Source of the DNA: Dermatophilaceae bacterium
Lineage (GTDB): Bacteria; Actinomycetota; Actinomycetes; Actinomycetales; Dermatophilaceae
Direction of reading: 5' to 3'
Length of the DNA stretch: 64,000 nt
NCBI GenBank assembly: GCA_036834825.1
Contig: DAITND010000001.1
Location: 3,309-67,308, forward strand
How positions within the stretch are numbered: position 1 is the stretch's first letter; each line of letters opens with the position of its first letter. The notes beneath the pieces were generated by a model, which did not search any database, was not told where the DNA came from, and was given only the letters and a program-made list of their open reading frames with translations. This document shows positions 7,716 to 16,518 of this stretch, one piece after another. Position numbers and translations under genes: made by a program.

Positions 7716-9436
7716 TCAGCCGATCAGGACGCCGGGGTTGAGGATCCCGGCCGGGTCGAGGGTGTTCTTCACCGTTCGTAGCACCGCGACAGCGAGCGGC
7801 CCGATCTCCTGCGCATAGGTGTCACGGTGGTCAGTGCCGACGCCGTGATGATGCGTGATCGTCGCGCCGGCGGCTCGGATCGCGGCGTTGGCAGCGAGCT
7901 TCGCCTTGTGCCATTGGGCAATCGGGTCGTCACCCTGCGCGCAGAGGACGGTGAAGTAGAGAGACGCGCCTGCTTCGTAGACGTGCGAGATGTGGCAGAG
8001 CACGACCGGCGGCGTGCCCAGTTCGGTGAGGATGGCGGTGAGCGGTCGTGACCTCTGCGCGCAGGTGCGCAAGGTTCGACCAGAAGGTCGCTGTCTCGAG
8101 CGTTTCGACGAAAGCACCCTTGTCCAGCAAGGAATCGCGCAGGTACGGGGCGAGGTAGCGGCCGGCGCGCCAGGCCTCGCCGGGCGCGGTGCCCAGCGCC
8201 TCGCCACCGGCTGCGGTGAGGACAGCCGATGCGGCCGCCCGACGTGACGAGACCTCGTCCCGCGCGCCCTCGTAGCCGGCGATCGACAGGCAGCCGCCGG
8301 GGCCGCTGCCGGAGTTGCCGCTGGGATCGGCGAGATTGACTGCCGTCTCGGCTTCGTCGGACAGGCGCAGCACGGTCGGAACCGGGCCGTCCTGGACAAG
8401 CGTGCGCAGCGCGGCCGCACCTTGCTCGAACGAGTCGAATCGCCAGCCGTCGTAAGTACGTTCTTCGGGTGCGGGGTGCACGCGCACGGTCACCTCGGTG
8501 ATCACGCCGAGCGTCCCCTCCGAGCCCATGACGAGTTCGCGAAGGTCCGGACCGGCCGCGGACTTCTGCGCCGCGCCAAGGGTGATGGTGCCGCCCGGCG
8601 TGGCGAGGACGAGGCCGATGACCATCTCATCGAAGCGTCCGTAGCCGGCGGACGCCTGCCCGGCCGCGCGGGTTGCTGCGTAGCCACCGATGCTGGCGTC
8701 CTCGTAGGATTGGGGAAAGTGCCCGAGCGTGAAGCCATGCTCACCGAGCAGTTGCTCGGCGCGCGTGCTTCGCATGCCGGCCTGCAGGGTGCAGGTGCGT
8801 GACTCGGTATCGATCGACGTCAGGGCGTCCATCCGCCGTAGGTCGAGGGCGATGACCCCATCGAAGGCGTCGCGGACGGGAGCTCACTGGTTTGGGTGGG
8901 CTACCGGCCGCCGGTGCCCTCTTTACGGCCGTACCCCCAGCGGTACACGGACTGGCCACCTTCCCGGTCCGCGCTTTCGCGACTCTTCCCTGATGGGTTG
9001 TTCCCGCCCAAGGTGACAACCGGGCTCCTGCGACACCGCCCTGCCCCGCCCTGTGCGCTGACGCCACTCAACGACCGGCTTGCGGAACCGCTGACGCGCC
9101 CAATGGTGCTATACGACCGTGCCATCTACCGCCGCGAGCCACAATCTCATGTGCCCAGAGCACGAGCTTGCCGTGAAGTGCCTCGAAGAGGTAGGTCCCG
9201 GCTCGGAACGCCGCAACCCCACACCGACGGGCAGCATCGGGCCGATCCGTCCTCTGGCGCGCGGGGCCGCGACTGCACCCACGAGCAGCCCTGCAGTAGC
9301 GACGACCAGGACGGACACCGAGCCGGTCCGTCGACGCCGTGGGAGCAGGCCCTCTGGTCCTGCGCAAGTCGGTCATCGCCACCTCCACTGTGGGTGCGGC
9401 CGCGGGGTGGTCACACGCGCCCGCCTGATCCCACAT
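7716..9436 (-). pseudogene. AGPS-like FAD-linked oxidase (Rv2251-like flavoprotein), multiply disrupted
   Basis: Good similarity runs from APVRDAFDGVIALDLRRMDALTSID...HFPQSYEDASIGGYAATRAAGQASAGYGRFDEMV... through ETLETATFWSNL. There is a 1-nt frameshift near 8040-8046 before LTAILTELGTPPVVLCHISHVYEAGASLYFTV...GILNPGVLIG. An in-frame TGA lies near 8885. About 85-90 extra nt sit between the GG(G) loop (VVTLGGNN, ~9000) and LDLRRM. Another frameshift near 9070 separates the weakly conserved N-terminal part (ALHGK..., start ATG 9436). Confidence 0.65.
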
Positions 9437-9554
9437 CCGACAGGTGATGATCTTGACCAAGAGGGCAAGATCGGTTCGAACGTGACTGTGATGGTCTCGA
9501 TCGGCGATTCGTGCCGTGGGTGGTGGCAGGTAACAGAACAATCGCCCCGTAACC

Positions 9555-9827
9555 TTGACCTTCGTGAAGACCTTTGACCAGCTGTATGCCGAGTTGACCG
9601 ACAAGGCCGCCACGCGCCCGCAAGGGTCGGGCACCGTCGCCGAGCTGGACGCTGGGGTCCATGCGATTGGTAAGAAGATCGTCGAAGAAGCCGCCGAAGT
9701 GTGGATGGCCGCCGAGCATGAGGGCAGGGCGCGCACAGCCGAGGAGATCAGCCAGCTGCTCTATCACCTACAGGTGATGATGCTTGCTGCTGACATCTCG
9801 CTCGACGACGTCTACGCCTACCTCTGA
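9555..9827 (+). CDS. hisE: Phosphoribosyl-ATP pyrophosphatase
   Basis: [52 protein letters not shown]...[24 protein letters not shown]. The start is TTG 9555 or GTG 9564. Confidence 0.9.
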   Translation: MTFVKTFDQLYAELTDKAATRPQGSGTVAELDAGVHAIGKKIVEEAAEVWMAAEHEGRARTAEEISQLLYHLQVMMLAADISLDDVYAYL

Positions 9828-9858
9828 CCCCCCGTCCTCAACGCAAGGACCTCATCAG

Positions 9859-10704
9859 ATGTTACGAATTGCCGTGCCCAACAAGGGTTCTTTGTCCCTG
9901 GATGCTGCCGAGATGCTGCGGGAGGCGGGCTACCGGGGCCGCCGCGACCCCAAGGAGCTCGTGCTGACCGATGTCGACCATGACATCGAGTTCTTCTTCC
10001 TGCGACCGCGTGACATCGCGGTCTACGTCGGGTCGGGCAGCCTCGACGGAGGTATCACCGGTCGTGACCTCCTCTTGGACTCGGGCGCCGCGGCAGTCGA
10101 ATCGATGGCCCTGGGTTTCGCAGCCTCGACGTTCCGCTACGCCGCAAGACCCGGGATCGCCGCGAGCGTCAAGGACATTGACGGTAAGCGCGTCGCCACG
10201 AGCTACGCCGGACTGGTCTCCACGCACCTGGCCGAGCATGGTGTTGCCGCTGACGTCGTTCGGCTCGACGGCGCTGTCGAGACTGCCATCACGCTCGGCG
10301 TGGCTGACGTAATCGCAGACGTCGTCGAGACCGGATCCACCTTGCGCCAGCAGGGACTAGAGGTCTTCGGTGACCCGATCCTGCTCAGTGAGGCCGTCCT
10401 CATCCAACGTCCGGAAAGCCAGTCCCAGGTGGCCCTGGACGTCCTTGCCCGTCGCCTTCAGGGCGTGATCACCGCGCACAGCTACGTCATGATGGACTAC
10501 GACGTGCGGGTCGAGCTGGTGGAGCAGGCTTGCGCCCTGACCCCTGGCCTGGAGTCACCGACCGTTTCACCGCTGCACGACAAGGGCTACGCCGCAGTGC
10601 GCGCGATGGTGCCGCGGAACAGAACGAACCAGCTGATGGACGATCTGTACGACCTCGGCGCTCGCGCGATTCTCGTCACCGACATCTCGGCCTGCCGTCT
10701 CTGA
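9859..10704 (+). CDS. hisG: ATP phosphoribosyltransferase (long form)
   Basis: MLRIAVPNKGSLSLDAAEMLREAGY...VATSYAGLVSTHLAEHGV...DVVETGSTLRQQGLEVFGDPIL, with a C-terminal regulatory domain. ATG at 9859. Confidence 0.93.
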   Translation: MLRIAVPNKGSLSLDAAEMLREAGYRGRRDPKELVLTDVDHDIEFFFLRPRDIAVYVGSGSLDGGITGRDLLLDSGAAAVESMALGFAASTFRYAARPGIAASVKDIDGKRVATSYAGLVSTHLAEHGVAADVVRLDGAVETAITLGVADVIADVVETGSTLRQQGLEVFGDPILLSEAVLIQRPESQSQVALDVLARRLQGVITAHSYVMMDYDVRVELVEQACALTPGLESPTVSPLHDKGYAAVRAMVPRNRTNQLMDDLYDLGARAILVTDISACRL

Positions 10705-11189
10705 TGTCCAGCACGTCCACTGATGGACGCGGTCGCTCGGACCCATACGCCGTGTTCCGTCCCCGTCAGGGGCGACGGGTTGCCGCGGCGATGTCGGTGC
10801 TGTCCGTGGTGATCTTCACCGGCGGCGCGTTGTCGATGCCCTCGGTGGGTCCGCGCCTCGGTGGTTGGAGCGTCTCAGACCGGTTGCTCCTGACCTGCCT
10901 GGGCCTGCTGCTGGCGGCGTCGCTGTGGCGCTTTGCCTCGATTCGGGCGGTCCCGTCGACCAGGGGCCTGGAGATCCGCAACCTGATCACCACGCGTACC
11001 CTTGAGTGGGCGCAGATCGTCCGGGTGCAGTTCGGTGCCGGCGCCCCGTGGGTCAGCGTGGATCTCGATGACACCGATACCGTCGCGGTCATGGCGATCC
11101 AGAGGGCTGACGGAGCCTTCGGCGTGGCCGAGGCGGCACGACTGTCGGCCCTCGTGCAGGTCCACAGCAGGCCGCACCCCACGGGCTGA
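10704..11189 (+). CDS. PH-domain (bPH_6-like) membrane protein
   Basis: The ATG overlaps the hisG stop (TGATG). Two TM helices are followed by LEIRNLITTRTLEWAQIVRVQFGAGAPWVSVDLDDTDTVAVMAIQ. This matches the conserved gene found after hisG in actinobacteria (Rv2120c-like). Confidence 0.65.
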   Translation: MSSTSTDGRGRSDPYAVFRPRQGRRVAAAMSVLSVVIFTGGALSMPSVGPRLGGWSVSDRLLLTCLGLLLAASLWRFASIRAVPSTRGLEIRNLITTRTLEWAQIVRVQFGAGAPWVSVDLDDTDTVAVMAIQRADGAFGVAEAARLSALVQVHSRPHPTG

Positions 11190-11207
11190 GAGTCACGCCC
11201 GAGGTTG

Positions 11208-12437
11208 CTAGGGCACCTTGGCCAGGCTCGGCTTCATCCGCGTGGCCAGCACAATCTGGACCACTGTCAGGAATGCAATCATGAGCCAGATCACCCGGAA
11301 GTCACCGGTGAGATCCCTCAGGGCACCCATGACAGTGGGCCCGAAGGACGCGATCGTGTAACTCATGAAGAAGGTCATCGCGGTAAGTCGCCCGCTGCCA
11401 GCGGGGGTTTCGGCGTAGTCCACGAGCAGCACGAGTGCCAGGGCGAACCCCGCCCCCTGCCCGAGCCCCAGCAGGCACACCGACCCCCAGGCGCCGGCGG
11501 CAGTGTCGGGGGCCAGGAGCAGGCCGAGCGTGCCCATGAGCCCCAAGCCGGCAGCGGGCACTAGGAGGGTCCGGTGATCGTGGACCTTGTCGGTCAGCAC
11601 CGGCCCGATAAGACCTGAGACCAGTTGCGCGCCACTGAACGCCGACAGCAGATACCCGGCCGTTGTGGGGCTCCAGCCGCGGGCGACGTATGACGGAGCG
11701 ATCCAGGCCAGGCTGGAGTAGAACTGCCACGACTGAAGGGCGAGGTATGAGGCGACGAGCCATGCCGTGGGGTGTCGCCAGGGGAGCCCATGAGTGGTGG
11801 CGGCGACAGGGTTCGCGGCTTTGTACTTCGAGATGCGCACCGTCACCGGCGCCCAGGCCAACGCACCAAACGCCGCGAGGATGCTCCACGATGCGAGGGA
11901 ACCCTGCCACGATCCCAGCCGCGCCGCCAGCGGGACGGACAGCGCCGAAGCGGCTGCCGCCCCGCCCATCATCGCGAGCATGTACAGGCCCGTGATGGTT
12001 CCGGTGCGTTCCGGGGGGAAGACGGCCTTGACCAGCCCGGGGAGCAGCGTTCCGGCCACCGCAATGCCGAAACCGGCGATGAAGGTACCGCCGTACAGCG
12101 CCCACAGATTGTCGCCCCACCAGCGCAACAGCACACCTGCGAACACCGCGATGATGGCGATCTGGACCGCGGCTGCCGCGCCGAGCCGGGCGCCTAGCCG
12201 TTGCGCAGCAGGGGCGAGCAACCCCATGCAGAGCACCGGCAGGGTGGTGAGGGCACCGATCCAGGCGCTGGACAGATGGAGGCTGTCGGCGATGGCCCTG
12301 GCCAGGGGCGGGACGCTGGCGATGGCGACGCGCAGGTTAGCAGCGGTGGCGACCAGTGCCATTGCCATGAGCCAGACGGGTGGCAGGCTGGCCTCGACTC
12401 CGGTTCGCCTGCCGGACGCGCGTTCCACACGGCTCAT
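11208..12437 (-). CDS. MFS transporter, CynX/NimT-like
   Basis: 409 aa with about 12 hydrophobic helices. The N-terminal part reads ANLRVAIASVPPLARAIADSLHLSSAWIGALTTLPVLCMGLLAP, typical of the cyanate-permease subfamily. Confidence 0.75.
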   Translation of the reverse strand: MSRVERASGRRTGVEASLPPVWLMAMALVATAANLRVAIASVPPLARAIADSLHLSSAWIGALTTLPVLCMGLLAPAAQRLGARLGAAAAVQIAIIAVFAGVLLRWWGDNLWALYGGTFIAGFGIAVAGTLLPGLVKAVFPPERTGTITGLYMLAMMGGAAAASALSVPLAARLGSWQGSLASWSILAAFGALAWAPVTVRISKYKAANPVAATTHGLPWRHPTAWLVASYLALQSWQFYSSLAWIAPSYVARGWSPTTAGYLLSAFSGAQLVSGLIGPVLTDKVHDHRTLLVPAAGLGLMGTLGLLLAPDTAAGAWGSVCLLGLGQGAGFALALVLLVDYAETPAGSGRLTAMTFFMSYTIASFGPTVMGALRDLTGDFRVIWLMIAFLTVVQIVLATRMKPSLAKVP

Positions 12438-12442
12438 CTCGG

Positions 12443-13015
12443 CTACCTCGCTGCGGGCGAGGTGTTGATGATGAGGTTGGCGCGGCCGCGCGTCCCGTCG
12501 CCCGCGAACAGGGCCTCTTCGAGCGCGGCCCAGTGCTGCCAGTAGGGCAGATACAACTCGCCGTCGCGCTCGATGCCTCGCCGGAAGCGTTCATCGCGGT
12601 CCGCTTCGAGCCAGATGAGCGCGGACTCGAACTGCCAACCCGGCTTCGCGCCCGAGCCCACCCCTTCAACGAGCAGGAGCTCTGTGGCAACGAGGTGATG
12701 CCACTCGGCATACCGGTCGTGTTCCCAGTCCCATCGCCGGTAGCCTGCTTGCTCGCCGCGCGCGAGCGGAGCCAGAACCCGGTCGTGCACGTCGGCCACG
12801 GCCTGCCCCAGGCCCTCCCACCCTGGGTACAGGTCGTCCATGTGCAGGAGCTGCGCGTTCGGGAGTCGCTCGGCCAGGGCAGTGGCGAAGTCAGTCTTGC
12901 CCGCTCCGCTGGGCCCATCTACTGCGACGACTTTTGTTGTGCCGCAGAGTTCTTGGACCCTGTTGATGACCTGGAGTGCCGCGGCGATCGCCTCGTCTGG
13001 CGCTGTGATGTGCAT
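12443..13015 (-). CDS. P-loop NTPase, uridine-kinase-like
   Basis: Walker A VVAVDGPSGAGKTDFATALAERL, then LLHMDDLYPGWEGL and LLLVEGVGSG. It lies 5 nt upstream of the MFS gene. Confidence 0.65.
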   Translation of the reverse strand: MHITAPDEAIAAALQVINRVQELCGTTKVVAVDGPSGAGKTDFATALAERLPNAQLLHMDDLYPGWEGLGQAVADVHDRVLAPLARGEQAGYRRWDWEHDRYAEWHHLVATELLLVEGVGSGAKPGWQFESALIWLEADRDERFRRGIERDGELYLPYWQHWAALEEALFAGDGTRGRANLIINTSPAAR

Positions 13016-13068
13016 GTCTGGACTGTAGAACGTCCAGACCCTGACCTGATGCTCGGTAGGCTCGCCGG

Positions 13069-13842
13069 GTGAGTGTTGCCATAAGGGTCATCCCCTGCCT
13101 TGATGTTGACGCCGGCCGAGTGGTCAAGGGGGTCAACTTCGAGAATCTGCGTGATGCTGGTGATCCCGTTGAGCTGGCGAAACGTTACGACGAGCAGGGC
13201 GCTGACGAGCTGACCTTTCTGGACGTCACCGCCAGCAGCGGCAATCGCGAGACGACATACGACGTGGTCCGCCGGACCGCCGAGGAAGTCTTCATCCCGT
13301 TGACCGTCGGCGGGGGAGTGCGCGAGGTTGAGGACGTCGACCGCTTGCTGCGCGCCGGGGCCGACAAGGTCGGGGTCAACACCGCAGCGATCTCGCGCCC
13401 CGGTCTGATCTCTGACATCGCGGATCGTTTCGGCTCCCAGGTCCTGGTGCTCTCCGCTGACGTCCGGCGTCGACGCGACACGTCGGGTTTGGCCACCAGC
13501 GAGTTCGAGGTGACCACCCACGGCGGTCGTCAGGGGACAGGACTGGATGCGATCACCTGGTGCGCCAGGGCGGCCGAGCTGGGCGCGGGAGAGATCCTGC
13601 TGAACTCGATGGACGCTGACGGCACCAAGGATGGTTTCGATCTGGACCTGATCCAGGCGGTCCGGCGAGAGGTCAGCGTGCCCCTGATCGCCAGCGGTGG
13701 AGCGGGCGCCGTTGCGGACTTTGCTCCGGCTGTCGATGCCGGCGCCGACGCGGTTCTTGCCGCCAGCGTCTTCCACTTTGGTGAGCTCACCATCGGCCAG
13801 GTGAAAGATGCACTGCGCAGCCACGGGCTGCCCGTCCGCTGA
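13069..13842 (+). CDS. hisF: Imidazole glycerol phosphate synthase, cyclase subunit
   Basis: [52 protein letters not shown]...[15 protein letters not shown] start. Confidence 0.95.
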   Translation: MSVAIRVIPCLDVDAGRVVKGVNFENLRDAGDPVELAKRYDEQGADELTFLDVTASSGNRETTYDVVRRTAEEVFIPLTVGGGVREVEDVDRLLRAGADKVGVNTAAISRPGLISDIADRFGSQVLVLSADVRRRRDTSGLATSEFEVTTHGGRQGTGLDAITWCARAAELGAGEILLNSMDADGTKDGFDLDLIQAVRREVSVPLIASGGAGAVADFAPAVDAGADAVLAASVFHFGELTIGQVKDALRSHGLPVR

Positions 13843-13909
13843 GTGTGGTCTTCGTCCGTGATCCTCGGGCTTGTGCCGTGAAGACTCACGCACTGCCTAC
13901 GTTTGCGGG

Positions 13910-14527
13910 TCAGATGGCAGTGAGGGCTTCCTCGGAGCCGGATACCTCGACCTGGGCTACGCCGCGGCGCCCGAACGTGAAGAGCAGCAGCTCGCCTGGA
14001 CTACCGGTGATCACGACGGTACCGAGATCGGTCTTGGCGTGGACCTGGCGTTCGCCATACGAAGGGGCTGTCAGCACGACACCCACCCGGGCGCGTGCGA
14101 GCTGCAGCCGGGCGACCCTGGAGACGATGCCCCACAGCGCCGACTCGAGATCGCAGGGGAGCTCGCGGGCGCTCCAGTCCGTTCCGTCGCGCAGCACGTC
14201 CTCATGATGGACGAAGAACTCGGCGGTGTTGATGGCCTCGTCCACCCGCGCCAGCGAAGTCGGTGACCAGGCCGGGGGGCCTGTGCGGACCTCGTTGACC
14301 AGCCGTGGCCAGTCCCAGGCTGCGTACCCCTTCTGCACTTTCTCCAGGCGGCCGGCCATGGCGGGCAACCAGATGGCGGGGGCTACGTCAGGCCGGCGTT
14401 CGCGCACGACGAGATGGGCTGCGAGATCGCGGGTAAGCCAGGGCGAGCACAACGTGGGCGCGTCAGGACCAACGCGCTCGAAGGTGTCACACAGGCCCTG
14501 GCGCTCACTGCTGGCGAACCGAGTCAT
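13910..14527 (-). CDS. TIGR03085-like / mycothiol-dependent maleylpyruvate-isomerase-family (DinB-fold) protein
   Basis: MTRFASSERQGLCDTFERVGPDAPTLCSPWLTRDLAAHLVVRERRPD...AINTAEFFVHHEDV. ATG at 14527. Confidence 0.65.
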   Translation of the reverse strand: MTRFASSERQGLCDTFERVGPDAPTLCSPWLTRDLAAHLVVRERRPDVAPAIWLPAMAGRLEKVQKGYAAWDWPRLVNEVRTGPPAWSPTSLARVDEAINTAEFFVHHEDVLRDGTDWSARELPCDLESALWGIVSRVARLQLARARVGVVLTAPSYGERQVHAKTDLGTVVITGSPGELLLFTFGRRGVAQVEVSGSEEALTAI

Positions 14528-14592
14528 GTGGCCATCCTGACACTGCGGTCCCTGGGTCCCTACGCTGGACCACCTGCTCCCGGCGGCGCTCG

Positions 14593-16518
14593 GTGCCGGA
14601 CTCTCTTGACGTGCGATGTCCGACGCCCGTGAGAGCCTTGACCATCCCCGTCCAGCCTCTGGAGGCAGTCTTGGCGTCCGCGCCGTCACCCACCCTGCGA
14701 CGCGGCCTTCGGGTCGTGGGTCACGGCATCCGCCAAGAGCCACGGTGGTTCGCCCTGGCCGTGCTCGGGAGTGCGCTCTATGGCATCACGACGGTCGCCA
14801 CCGCCACGGTCATCGGTAAGGTCATCCGCGAGATCGTCGGCCCGGCCATCACCGCCCGACGCGTCACTGCCGGCCAGCTCTGGCACGCGGGGTTCATGCT
14901 CGCGGCAATTGTCGTGCTCAACGTCATCGGCATCGTCGTGCGCCGGATCGCGGCCGGCATTACGTTCAACAACCTCAGCGCCCGCTATCGACGTCGAGTC
15001 ACCCGGCAGTACCTTCGTCTGCCCCTTTCGTGGCACCACCGTCATCCCTCGGGGCAGCTGTTGTCCAATGCCAACGCTGATGTCGAGGCGACGTGGATGG
15101 TCTTCAACCCGCTGCCGATGGCCCTTGGAGTCATCATCATGTTGATTACCGCGACCGTTCAGATGTTTCTCGTCGACCCGGTGCTTGCGGCGATCGGAAT
15201 GCTGGTCTTTCCCATGCTCTTCGCCGCTAACCTTGCCTTCCAGCGCCGCATGTCGCCGCTGGTGACTGCGTCCCAGCAACTGCGGGCCGAGGTCTCCGAA
15301 GTGGCCCACGAGAGCTTCGAGGCCGCCCTCATCGTGAAGTCCCTGGGCCGTGAGGACCAGGAGGCAGCACGATTCACGCGCGTGACCAACCGTCTGAAGG
15401 ATGCCAACATCGAGGTCGGTCGCACCCGGGGTCTGTTCGACCCGGCGATCGAGGCCATCCCCACCCTGGGGACGCTGGCGGTGCTCGCAGTCGGGACGGC
15501 CAGAGTCGCCAGCGGCCAGCTGGACGCTGCCGAAGTCGTCCAGATCGCCTACCTCTTCTCGCTCCTCTCCTTCCCGGTTCGGGCCCTGGGCTGGGTGCTG
15601 GCCGAGCTGCCCCGGACCGTCGTCGGCTGGGACCGGGTCGATGCGGTCCTGCAGGCAAAGGGGAAGATGCAGTATGGCGATGGCCTGCTCGCGAGCGGCG
15701 GCCCGAGTCGCGTGGAGGCCGATCAGGCGTCGTACTCTTACGACGTCAGTCGCCAGGACGGCACCGTAACCAAGACCAGCCCGGCGATCCGGTTGGTCAC
15801 CCTCGATGTGCGAGCCGGAGGCACCACGGCGTTGGTCGGGCCTACCGGCTCGGGTAAGTCGACCCTGGCCTCGCTGGTTGTGCGGCTGATCGATCCTGAC
15901 TCCGGAGTCGTACGACTGGATGGGGTCGACCTGCGTGAGGTGGCCCGCGGCGGTGTGCCCGAGGTCGGCTCTCTGGTCGCCCAACAGACGTTCATGTTCG
16001 ATGACACGGTTCGTGGCAACATAACCTTGGGCCTGCAGTTGTCGGACGACCAGGTGTGGCACGCGCTACGGGTGTCTCAGGCGGATGGCTTCGTCGCCGC
16101 CCTACCATTGGGCCTTGAGACGCGGGTGGGCGAGCGCGGTGCCAGCCTGTCTGGTGGGCAACGTCAACGAATTGCGCTGGCACGAGCTGTGGTTCGCAAC
16201 CCTGCCTTGCTGGTTCTGGATGACGCGACCAGTGCGGTCGACCCCAGCGTCGAGCAAGCCATCCTTGCCGGGCTGCGCGGGTCCGGTCAGGGAACGACGG
16301 TGCTCGTCGTGGCGTACCGGATGGCGACGATCACCACAGCTGACGATGTCATCTACCTGGAGCACGGCGCGGTGCTCGATCATGGCACCCATGAGCAGCT
16401 ACTGGTTCGCTGCGCCGATTACGTGAGTCTGGTCACCGCCTACACCCGTGAGGCTGCCGAGCGGGCTTCGGTGCTTGCTGACGAGGACTTGCTCGATGCG
16501 GCGGAGGTCACGCCATGA
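14593..16518 (+). CDS. ABC transporter, fused permease/ATPase (exporter half 1)
   Basis: Six TM helices, then Walker A GPTGSGKSTL, signature LSGGQRQRIALARA and Walker B LLVLDDATSAVD. The start codon is uncertain. Confidence 0.85.
   Translation: MPDSLDVRCPTPVRALTIPVQPLEAVLASAPSPTLRRGLRVVGHGIRQEPRWFALAVLGSALYGITTVATATVIGKVIREIVGPAITARRVTAGQLWHAGFMLAAIVVLNVIGIVVRRIAAGITFNNLSARYRRRVTRQYLRLPLSWHHRHPSGQLLSNANADVEATWMVFNPLPMALGVIIMLITATVQMFLVDPVLAAIGMLVFPMLFAANLAFQRRMSPLVTASQQLRAEVSEVAHESFEAALIVKSLGREDQEAARFTRVTNRLKDANIEVGRTRGLFDPAIEAIPTLGTLAVLAVGTARVASGQLDAAEVVQIAYLFSLLSFPVRALGWVLAELPRTVVGWDRVDAVLQAKGKMQYGDGLLASGGPSRVEADQASYSYDVSRQDGTVTKTSPAIRLVTLDVRAGGTTALVGPTGSGKSTLASLVVRLIDPDSGVVRLDGVDLREVARGGVPEVGSLVAQQTFMFDDTVRGNITLGLQLSDDQVWHALRVSQADGFVAALPLGLETRVGERGASLSGGQRQRIALARAVVRNPALLVLDDATSAVDPSVEQAILAGLRGSGQGTTVLVVAYRMATITTADDVIYLEHGAVLDHGTHEQLLVRCADYVSLVTAYTREAAERASVLADEDLLDAAEVTP

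Noticed and set aside
8890-9100. GC-rich, hairpin-containing stretch between the FAD oxidase body and hisE that at first looked like a structured RNA (RNase P, SRP RNA, cobalamin or other riboswitch).
   Set aside because: None of the diagnostic motifs is present: the RNase P GAGGAAAGUCC, the SRP GGAAG/AGCA loop, and the B12 box. The flanks translate (in shifted frames) into recognisable pieces of the same AGPS-like protein, so it is better explained as decayed coding sequence plus a small insertion.
13843-13909. Candidate bidirectional terminator between convergent hisF and the DinB-like gene.
   Set aside because: The best pairing found by hand is 6-7 bp with a ~27-nt loop and no U-run. This is too weak to annotate.
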